Shown here one piece after another: positions 48,476-57,828 of a stretch of 64,000 nucleotides of DNA. Every line of letters starts with the position of its first letter. Position 1 is the stretch's first letter. The translations under genes and the position numbers were made by a program. The stretch comes from Saccostrea cucullata (lineage: Eukaryota). Below the pieces are notes generated by a model. The model did no database searches. It was not told the DNA's origin and worked only from the letters and a program-made list of their open reading frames with translations. The DNA is taken from contig NW_026936455.1 of assembly GCF_032062105.1 (NCBI RefSeq), positions 496,001 through 560,000 on the forward strand, given 5' to 3'.

Positions 48476-51400
48476 GGAAAGATGAAACTCATGTGGAATC
48501 ATCCTCAGGTAGTGTAGATTCAAGTTTGTTCAAATCATAACCCCCGGGGCAAGGGTGGGGCCAAAATGGCCGACCCAAGTTTTACATAGGAATATATAGG
48601 GAAACCTTTTAAAATCTTTTTGTCAAGTACTTCAAAGCCATGCTTAGTGATATTTATAGGGAATCATCCTCAGGTAGTGTAGATTCTAGTTTGTTAAAAT
48701 CATGACCCCATGGGTGTTAAAATTCAAGCCCCCCCCCCCCCCCCCCCCCCCAGTAAACTTTCAGTTCTGATCTGATATGTGCTTTTTCCTAGCCAGTTAC
48801 TCAGGTGAGCGATGTGGCCCCTGGGCCTCTTGTTAATATTGTAAATAATTTTATTCCAGTGTTTCTAAAGAAGGAAGTTTCTGAAATATGTTATACTTTG
48901 CAGAAAATAGAAGAACTGTTAGCACAGAAGATGGAGGAAGATGAAGATTTTATGCAGAGACTGAAGATGAACTACATTGCCAACTTAAAGCGCCATCTGG
49001 ACATGGATGGAACTCTAGAACCCACTGAGGGGACAGTCAAAGCTCTCACCAAGTAGGTTATAGTCAAAGCTCTTGTTAAGTAGGTTACAGTCAAAGCTCT
49101 TGTTAAGTAGGTTACAGTCAAAGCTCAAGTAGGTTACAGTCAAATTCAAGCAGGTTACAGTCAAAGTAACTCTCTTCAATTAGGTTACAGTCAAAGCTCT
49201 CTTCAAGTAGGTTACAGTCAAAGCTCTCGTCAATTAGGTTATAGTCAAAGCTCTCTTCAAGTAGGTTACAGTCAAAGCTCTTGTAAAGTAGGTTATAGTC
49301 AGTCAAAGCTCTCTTCAAGTAGGTTCATCAATTAGTGGGTTACAGTCAAAGCTCTCTTCAAGTAGGTTACAGTCAAAGCTCTTGTCAAGTGGGTTACAGT
49401 GGGTTACAGTCAAAGCTCTAGTCAAGTAGGAACGTTTTTTTGTGAAACCTGCAAGTTTTGGTTAATACTTTTTTTTAAGTCTAATTAGTTTTTAATTCCT
49501 ATGGAGTAATATTTTCATACTTTTCAAAGTATCTCCCTTGCCTAAGTTCTTTCCTAACTGCTCATTGAGTATTTACTTTCAATGTCAATGAGTGAGTGAT
49601 TCCTACAGATTATAACCAATGCTTCAACTTTACATTCCAGGTATCCAGAGGATGACCCCATGGTAAATTTTATGAAGGAGTTTGATGGAACAGAACTTGC
49701 TGGGGAAAAATGGGATCCAGAAATGGACAGTATATTTCTGAAGGAAGCCATGGATGGTTGTGGTTAGTGAAATAATATTTACTGTAAAAAATGTTTTATT
49801 TGCGGAGGCAAAAATCCCTTAATTTAATTGAAGGAAGAGAGCCAAAGGCTATGAGAACATTTAGTATATCATTATAAAGGCTTATACTGATATTCCGTTT
49901 GCTTCCATTTGTAGAGACCTTCTGATTAATTTTAGTGATCTCAAACCCTTGCTTATAATGCCAAAGTTGAATTCTTGTGAAAAAAAATCTGCTTACAAAA
50001 TATGTACATTTTTTAAAATTCTCCCTTTCAAGGCACAAATGAAGAGGCCATTATTCATGTGATAGCAAATCGTACTAATGCACAGAGGCAAGAAATCAAG
50101 CAGATGTTTAAGACAGCTTATGGAAAGGTATGTTACAACAGAAATTTGCAATTTATATTGATACACTTATACATTTTATTTAACTCATAATTTGTTCTAC
50201 ACTAAGTTGACATTCAGAGGGACCTTGGTGAGAAATAAATATGAGGAAAATAAGAAAATGAGTCAATATACTATTCCTCCTAATACATGCAGTTTATGTT
50301 ATAGCTATTATCTATAGTACAGATATATTGGAAAGGAAGTAAACATTTTGTATGCATATAATAATTCTTTTTTAAAAATACATCTTAAATACATATGTAT
50401 GAGAAATGCAGAATTAGCAATTCTTTAAAATTTCATTTAAATAGGGCCAAATGCTATCACAAATCATTGTATCTTTAGAGTACTTACATGCAGGCAGATT
50501 AAAAAAAAACTGGCATGAAATGCAGGGATAATTTATCATACATGTGAAAGGAAATATTTGATACCCTAGCTTAAACACTTCTCCATTATATTTTGTTAGG
50601 ACCTGATTGAGGAACTGGAATCAGAGCTGAGTGGAGATTTTAAGAGTGCTGTGATGTCTCTGTTTGTACCCCCTCATATTTACGATGCCTACTGTATCAA
50701 AGAAGCCATTTATGTAAGTTTAACCAAAAAAAATTTGATACACATTATGGTATTATGGTGCCTATTGTATTAAAGAATTAAACAAAAAAAAAAGAAAGAT
50801 TGATACACATTATGGTATTATGGTGCCTATTGTATCAAAGAAGCCATTATGTAAGTTTAACAAAAAAAATTTTGATACACATTATGGTTTATGAAAAATT
50901 GTTTCTCCAATAACTGAAAATATCTTCAATTTTCTTCTTTTAAATTGCAGGGCCTTGGAACAGACGAATCTGTTCTTATTGAGATTTTTGGTACTAGAAC
51001 TCCAAAGCAGATAAAAGCAATCAGAGAAGTTTATGCTGATGGTAATATTTGTTCATTTAATGCAGAATTTTTTTATCATGCAGTCATACAATACAGTAAA
51101 TCAACTTTTAGCTAGATGGAAAAGATTACTTTGGGCTTTGCAGATTTCTTTTACCAAGTACAGAATATTTTTACTGTCAGTCTGCTTAAATTCAGACCCT
51201 TTGATCCACTGACTTAGATGACTTAAATGGATCTGAAGAAATCCCATTAACTAACCTTGTTCAAATGACCTTGGTTGAGGGTCGTCCCTTTACTCAATGG
51301 TGCTGCTTGTGCCAGAGGGAATGAATATCCCTTTTTTCTCAGAGATGTAAAAGAAAATGGGGGTTAAAGTTTAACTTTTCTACCAGAAAGATACACTCTC

Positions 51401-53462
51401 ATCTTGATTGAATACCCTGTATATCTAATTTTTAAGATTGTTTTTGTTTCTAGTTGCAAGCCCAAACAGAAAGGAAGGGGAGACTCTAATAGAACAGGAC
51501 ATTGAAGATGACACAAGTGGTGATTTCAAACAGTTCCTCATATCTGCTTGTCAGGTATCAAAGTTTAAAATTTAGGAAGTCCTTTATAGTATTCATAGTA
51601 AGATGTTTTTTTTAAACCCTATTACAACTTTAATTAAAACTTTGGATTAAAAGGGATAATAAATAAAAGAATATACTGTGAAATGACATTTTTTCATGGG
51701 GTCAAATTTTTGAGGTTTGGGGAAAAAATTCTATTTTGCGGGAATTTGATTTCGTTTTTGGACAATGTTAAGTAGTAAATGGATATGCAATTTTCCATTT
51801 CATAGTGGTCATAAATTCTTGGGTCCCTCCATAACTTGAAAACAACGAAAATTAAACCCCCATGAAAATTAGTGATTTTACAGTAATTTTTTTTGAAAAT
51901 GACAAAAAATTCTACCAAGAAGGTTGTTTATTTCAAATACTATCTTTCAGGGTGGCCGACGAGAGCTTGACCCAGATACATTAGAAGAAGCCGTGGAACC
52001 TGTCACTTTTGAAGACAGACCAACTGGGCAGTTCGTCATCAACATGGAGAAGCTAGTAAATATGGGCAAAGCCAAGCGGGATGCCCAGAAACTGTTTGAG
52101 GTTACTGAAGATCAGCTTGGCACCAATGAGGAGGAGATGATCCGAATCTTTGCAGTTCCAGAGGTTTACCAGTCCAGGGCCACATATGATGAATATGTTA
52201 AGGTAATTTCCTCAAGGGATTAACTGACTGTTCATAAAAAAAAAAGAAAAATTTTGAATGGGTATTCTGTTCATTGAAATGATAGCCACATAAGCTCACT
52301 TTCAATTTGGTTGTTAAACTGAAATTGTAAACCAAATATATTGTAATCATTTTGAACCCAAATTTCATTTTTTTTTGACGATTTGTCCCTGCAATTTATG
52401 CAAATGGGTGAACTTTAAAAAAATGGGCGATATGGTGTAATGGCTAAATTTAAAAAGGGCAAAATTGTTGACAAATGTTAAATGGCCATAACACCCCCCC
52501 CCCCCCCAAAGGGGGGGGGGGGGGTGAAATAACCCAATGCACCTGTCAGAGCAATACTTTTATCTAATCAGTAACTATTGCTCTACTTTGCCAGCTGACT
52601 CAAAGAGATGTAGAGAACACTATTGATAGAGAGACTTCAGGAAACTTTGGAAAAGGACTTCTAACAATGGGTGAGTGATACATTTAGTAGGGAATCATTT
52701 TTCAGTTTCCCAAGATTTTTATTTTGCATTAGTATGACAGTTACCATTTATTTTTCAATGTAATGCAAGCACATGCATGCATTCTCCATAATCAGGAGAA
52801 TAAGTTAAGATGTATATTAAAGTTTGATTTTTTTGATTGACAGTGATGGCTCTGAAGTGCCGTCCAAAGTACTTTGCTGAACGCCTCGTGTGGACAATGA
52901 AGGGACTTGGAACACATGACTCAGACCTTATCCGTGTCATTACAAGCAGATCTGAGGTAAATCTCTCTAAAATCTGTAATCAAAGCTAAAGTTTGGCTGT
53001 ATAAATGAATTTATATATAGTAGTTAAAGATTGCAAGTCACAGAACAAGATATTTTAGGGATTAAAAAATCAGATTTACCAATTATCACAGGCATTCTCA
53101 AAAATAAAATTTGAAATACCTGTGATTGGTATTATATGGTATTTTAAAAAAAGGCTAGATTTACATTACAAACAAAGCTCAATAACAACACAGATATTGT
53201 GCTGTACCTGTGTGTCCATAGAATTATGTCTCCTCAGTCCTCTGTTTGCTTTGATTCTGAGTATATATCTATGGGCTTTATTCTATATATGTATTTTTTA
53301 TATATCATGCTCTCATTTAATTGGTTGTCTCGGTAGATTGACATGGTCCAGATCAAGGACAGCTTCCTGGAGATGACCAAGCAGACACTGTATAACTGGA
53401 TTGATCAGGACTGCTCCGGGGACTACAAGAAAATTCTGATGGCCATTGTAGGCAAAAACTAA
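43420..53462 (+). CDS. Annexin (~544 aa; A7/A11-like GYP-rich N-terminus, four annexin repeats)
   Basis: 15 phase-consistent coding exons: 43420-43434, 43762-43875, 45305-45319, 46481-46579, 47164-47316, 48904-49052, 49641-49762, 50033-50127, 50600-50713, 50951-51041, 51454-51554, 51951-52202, 52595-52670, 52844-52956, 53337-53462 (1635 nt). Endonexin motifs AMDGCGTNEEAII, AIYGLGTDESVLI, QLGTNEEEMI, TMKGLGTHDSDLI, plus ELSGDF/DTSGDF/ETSGNF/DCSGDY. A likely non-coding first exon ends at 41945 (AG|gtaaat). Confidence 0.95.
44640..44878 (+). promoter_or_regulatory. Candidate internal promoter and alternative first exon of the annexin
   Basis: CpG-rich patch in an AT-rich intron with ATTGG (44709), CCAATTGG (44738) and NRF1-type GCGCATGCG (44763), followed by ATG|gttagt at 44870-44878. 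Confidence 0.5.
47440..47525. repeat. Fragment of the same dispersed repeat as 22130-22190
   Basis: Shared gaggagtaagcatcc(c)ctgttgac core and flanks. Confidence 0.7.
47720..48834 (+). mobile_element. Same HINE family, apparently full length, in an annexin intron
   Basis: Starts tttaacttacctgagccgaaggctcaagtgagc, then a (gtc/gtt) tract and ~166-bp tandem units. Ends ctcaggtgagcgatgtggcccctgggcctcttgtt (subterminal inverted repeat plus 3' palindrome). It is the reverse complement of the 14665-15705 family. Confidence 0.88.
48291..48423. mobile_element. Truncated Tc1/mariner-type MITE nested in the HINE array
   Basis: tacagtaaaacttggttataac... interrupts a tandem unit at a TA. The HINE unit resumes (ggaatatataggaaaaatc) after ~48423. 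Confidence 0.55.
49033..49430 (+). repeat. ~27-bp minisatellite (~14 copies) whose first unit spans an annexin exon end and splice donor
   Basis: Unit acagtcaaagctct(cttc)aagtaggtt. The first copy is exon ACAGTCAAAGCTCTCACCAA|gtaggtt. Confidence 0.92.
50683..50888 (+). repeat. ~70-bp imperfect tandem repeat (~3 copies) spanning another annexin exon end and donor
   Basis: tgccta(c/t)tgtatcaaagaagccatt(t)atgtaagtttaac...tttgatacacattatgg recurs. Confidence 0.8.
51674..51885. mobile_element. Tc1/mariner-type MITE
   Basis: tactgtgaaatgacattttttcatgggg and ccccatgaaaattagtgattttacagta inverted ends with TA flanks. Confidence 0.7.
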
Positions 53463-54791
53463 TACAACAGACCAGATTTATTTGTGTTGACTACTAAAGA
53501 ATATTCTCATGGTTATGTTTGTCACATGTTAGATTATTACACACTTCATATGCTGAATGTTAAAATGTGAAAACCAAAGACAATGGGGATCGCTGGGCAT
53601 TTTTTTAAAGTATGTCTTTGAATCAAATTTGTCGAAATTTACAGAAACTGAGAAATAAAAAAAATATGAAGATTAAATGATTTAATTATGTTAAGATCTC
53701 AACTTTTTTTTGGAATAAATACTCGATTCAAAATTGTGAAAATTAAATGATGTAGATCGAATCATGTGTAAACATCTTTTTCTTGTCATTTATGTTTAAT
53801 ATCTTTTCAAAATCTAAAAATTCTCTTAATTGGTTTATGTCTGAAATTGGAACAAAATTAAGTTGTTATGAAATTTATTGTTTTGATTTTGTTTTTATTT
53901 ACAATGAATGACTTTGCATTTCATATGAACAGAACTGTACAAATACAATCCTTCATTGAATTTTAGTATATAATATTTGAAAGATTATATATTTTTGAAA
54001 TCTTTTTTCTCAAATACTTCCTTTCTGTGGTGTCACTTTACATGTATTACATGTATATACATGTATTCCTATAAATACTTTAAATTAATGTCTCAACAAC
54101 ATATGAAAGTCTATCATATTGTGGGTTTTGTTATGTTTTCAAAAATCTATTTTGATAGATTTTTACTTAAATTTGTATTGCATAATTTCTTGAGTGCAAG
54201 GTCCAGGTTTTATTGTTTTAATACATACATGTATACTTTCAAAAAAAATCTTGAAATATTCTACTTTCTTTCACATATATACTGTGTGATGGCACTGATC
54301 ATGCAATATGGAATAGATATATAGTGTTTTAAAAGAATGGAGAAACTGTCCCTCTCATGGAGAAACTGTCCCTCTCTTTCTCTCCAGTGTGCAGTTCATT
54401 ACTCAGTGGTTAACAGTAAATTGTGTCTTTTTATTTTGCATATAATTTTTTGTGGTCTCCTTAACTCTTTTTATGATGTCATCTGATAGGAACAGACATG
54501 CTTGTTCCTAAAATTTGACTGAAAAAAAATCCTCCCCCCCCATCCATTATCTGTGATATATTTGTACATGTATTTCTCAACAGAACATTTTATTGCAATA
54601 TATGAGGATATTTTTGAGTAAAATTTTACAGACATCATCTAAAGTATTTTGTGTTTTTAATAGATTTTGCTAACATGATTTTGTTTGCTGTTACCCCCAA
54701 TGTTTTAAATTTATATACCTATCAATTGGCAATGCCAGCTTGGAGAATCATGAAGTAAACAAAACTCCCAAGAAGATTTGCACAACAGACC

Positions 54792-54881
54792 ATCCTCACA
54801 AAATCAGGAGTCATCAGTCCACTCATGGCCTTACATCCAAGAGTCGTGAGTGGACATGGGACCCCCTGAATTTGTGAGGGT
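54792..54881 (+). ncRNA. 90-nt stem-loop, pre-miRNA-like or a 3'UTR RNA structure
   Basis: atcctcacaaaatcaggagtcatcagtccactcatggc pairs with gtcgtgagtggacatgggaccccctgaatttgtgagggt, with several G-U pairs on the plus strand. Confidence 0.4.
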
Positions 54882-55179
54882 AATCGAACACGATACAGCC
54901 TCAACATGCATGAGAGGAAGGCAGTAGCTAAATAGGGGGATACAATGAGAGAACTGACTATAAAGTCAGCCTCTATGAATTCAAAAACTGAACTTGTGCA
55001 GTGTGTATCTTGTAAGTCACAGCCAATGGTTAACCTTTTATATAGATAAAAAGAAAGTTCAAGTTAAAGATGCTTCTTTATCATGCAGTTTTTATGAATA
55101 AAATGAAAAATAAAACAAGATATTTTCAATGGCAACTCTCATTCAAAACATAAATAAAACTTCATTAAAAGCAATGTCC

Positions 55180-57177
55180 CTAATCTCCCTCTAAATAACT
55201 CTTCCACCGCTTCTTTGGTGGTGACAGAATATAGTCTCGAGAAGGAACAGATCTATTGTTAAGCACACCAGAAGTATTGGAGTTGTGTGGTGAAAAAGCA
55301 GAAGCATCACATGACGAGTTTTCAGTTTTGAAAGTCAATCTTTTGAACGGATGGTAGTTGGAAAGATAATCCAAAAAGGTTAAGTGTCTAGCACAACAAA
55401 ACTTTTCAATGACATTTCCAGATCCTTGTTCTTGTGAGGTATACTCATCTTTAGGACCAATTTCCTTAAAGGTAGTGGGGTGAATAGTGTCACTGTTAAT
55501 TTCCATGCACTCATTAGCACTTCTAGTTGAACAACTGCTGCTCAGATTTGAAAAATCATCAAGAGAATCTCTTGAAATTGGCACACAACTCTGAAATAAG
55601 GATATATTTTTGCTAGAATCATCTATGGATTTAATTCCAACTATATCCTCACTTTTGGTGTGAATGCCTTGATGGTTTCCCATATCACTGTAGAAGGGTC
55701 CGTTAAAATTGTTGGATGCATCAAGGATAATCCAGTGCTTTTCCCTCAACAAAGCACCTGGTTTTGTTATTTCTGGTTGCTGTGGAGACACAGGAGGATC
55801 TGGTTGCTGTGGATACACAGGTGGAATCAGATGATTTGATGCTGATGATTTAGATGATGAACATTGTTTTGAAGAAAAAGATAATGATGACACTTCATCA
55901 AGACCAATAGGATATAAACCTTCAGATGACAAGCTTTTTTCAGTGTTAATTGTTGATTCTGGCAGAAATTTGGCTTCTGTTTCTATGACTGTTTCCTGAC
56001 AAGGCAAGCTGCTTGAAGACTCTGTGTTGTTTTGACATATAATCTCTCTTCCTTGATTATTCTCTTTAGATTTCTCAGCATGCTTATTCAATAACTTCAT
56101 ATTTTCTGAGAAGGTCCTAGTCCTGCAACACTGTTTTAGATCATATTTTCTGAGTTCACTGTTTATTTCAACTCTTCTGCATGAATATGAATCACTTGTA
56201 CTTTCATCATCAAAAGAGTCTCTAGAATCATCATCTGCTGCCTCTGGGTGTGATTCTTCAGTTTCGGTTGACATTTTGTTCATTTTCAATACTGTGTAGG
56301 CTTTGTTTCCATTTTCTGCATGGTAGTCTTTTAAAATGTTTTGGGAATGTTCATCGTAATGGTCAGTAGTATCTGATTGCATAATAGAGGTCTTATATTT
56401 TCCTAACTTGTCTAAATCACATAAATTCTCATATGTATCTAAAGCATAGTTATGTGTTATACTAGCATTTTTTCTCAGTTTACCATTTCCTCTGATGGAC
56501 AACCTTTTACTGTGCTTACTTGCCATGTGTCTATTCTTGTTGTCTTTGGAGTTAAAACTAAAGTTACACATATGACAAGTATACACTAAGGTTGATTTAT
56601 TAATTCCTTTCTCACTAGAGATTGAAGTGGCTGGCTTTTTCTCTTCAGAATGTTGCACCTTTTTTATCTTCATATTCAATGGCTTCACAATTTTCAAAGC
56701 AACATGTAAAACATCATCCAGTTTATGACTTGGTAAGCCATGCTTATTTAAAACATCAGATACTTCCAATGAATCTGGGTTTGCTGTACGTTCATCCAAA
56801 TCCATTGAAGACTCGGAAACAAGAAATGAATTGGTTGAACATGTTGAAGTTTTTTGACTTTCAAAGTGGAGTTTTTTCTTGCATTTTTCACTTTTTAGGA
56901 TGTCCAAAATGTAATCATCTAACTTATGTCCTGTCTTCATCTTGTTGAAGTTGTCCATCAAATCTTCATCAGGAGATTCTCTCCTTGATGAAGGGGAAAA
57001 ACTTTCACTTGTATTTGAATCATCATCCACGACCGCTGAACTATTTGAACTGATATTTGTTGAATTTCCAGTTGTCCCGCTATCATTAGTGAATCTGTTT
57101 GGGGATTTCATACTTTGAAGAAGGCTTAAAATGTAAACATGATCTTCATCGTTTTCATCCATGATTTTTTCCTCCAT
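55180..57177 (-). CDS. Uncharacterised 665-aa Ser/Asp-rich protein with one C2H2 zinc finger and a C-terminal basic NLS-like motif; coding region uninterrupted
   Basis: A 2-kb open frame in AT-rich DNA. YTCHMCNFSFNSKDNKNRHMASKH fits the C2H2 consensus and the C-terminus reads LSPPKKRWKSY. A possible 5'UTR intron runs from a donor near 57573 to an acceptor near 57275. Confidence 0.8.
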   Translation of the reverse strand: MEEKIMDENDEDHVYILSLLQSMKSPNRFTNDSGTTGNSTNISSNSSAVVDDDSNTSESFSPSSRRESPDEDLMDNFNKMKTGHKLDDYILDILKSEKCKKKLHFESQKTSTCSTNSFLVSESSMDLDERTANPDSLEVSDVLNKHGLPSHKLDDVLHVALKIVKPLNMKIKKVQHSEEKKPATSISSEKGINKSTLVYTCHMCNFSFNSKDNKNRHMASKHSKRLSIRGNGKLRKNASITHNYALDTYENLCDLDKLGKYKTSIMQSDTTDHYDEHSQNILKDYHAENGNKAYTVLKMNKMSTETEESHPEAADDDSRDSFDDESTSDSYSCRRVEINSELRKYDLKQCCRTRTFSENMKLLNKHAEKSKENNQGREIICQNNTESSSSLPCQETVIETEAKFLPESTINTEKSLSSEGLYPIGLDEVSSLSFSSKQCSSSKSSASNHLIPPVYPQQPDPPVSPQQPEITKPGALLREKHWIILDASNNFNGPFYSDMGNHQGIHTKSEDIVGIKSIDDSSKNISLFQSCVPISRDSLDDFSNLSSSCSTRSANECMEINSDTIHPTTFKEIGPKDEYTSQEQGSGNVIEKFCCARHLTFLDYLSNYHPFKRLTFKTENSSCDASAFSPHNSNTSGVLNNRSVPSRDYILSPPKKRWKSYLEGD

Positions 57178-57828
57178 ATTGAAGACAAATATTCTTTAGT
57201 TTCCTACTAACAAAGTTCCATCAGAATTCAACCACAATCCAAGATTAAAAGAATGAGAAAGGCATTCTCACTTTCTGCAGTTAATCGTCTACCCATAGTG
57301 TGGGCTGATCCTACATAATCCACAAATATTCAAGACCAATCAAGCTATTTTCATATCGTTTGGCTAGTTCTATTGTTCACTCTAGAAACTTACTGCTTGT
57401 TGCATGCTGTTCCTTGCTTTCTCGTGTATTGTGGGTTTTCTACAATGCAAAGAATACATGTGATAGAAGTCAAGTATGCTTTAATCATTTCTTTTTTCAA
57501 AAGACACATTAAAACTTTGTTTCTAACCTTTTATTTCGTAAAACATCTAAGATTATAAGATAGCGTTACTTACTCAAGCCCAAAATGAAACTAGGCGGAC
57601 GCTATTTTGTAATATCAAGCCCGAGTTGATAAAAATATACATTTGTTACTTTTATTAGAGACATATATGGTTTTATATGTTTCTGTTCATCAAATGTTAT
57701 ATAATAAGTCTTTTATGTTTTATTAGAATTTTAGACAAAAATAAAGATTTTTTTAGTTAAAGTTGGAAAAAAAACTAAAAGAAAATACATCGGGATCGAG
57801 GTACTTCTGCTCAGGTTCTTCATCAGTT

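Noticed and set aside
52493-52524. C-run/aaa/G-run hairpin and other G/C homopolymers
   Set aside because: Homopolymer expansion within a decayed MITE-like intronic tract; such runs are frequent in this window.
54944-54981. AUGA...AA...UGA stem-loop resembling a SECIS element
   Set aside because: The 3' GA is out of register for the non-Watson-Crick quartet, and the upstream annexin has no in-frame UGA.
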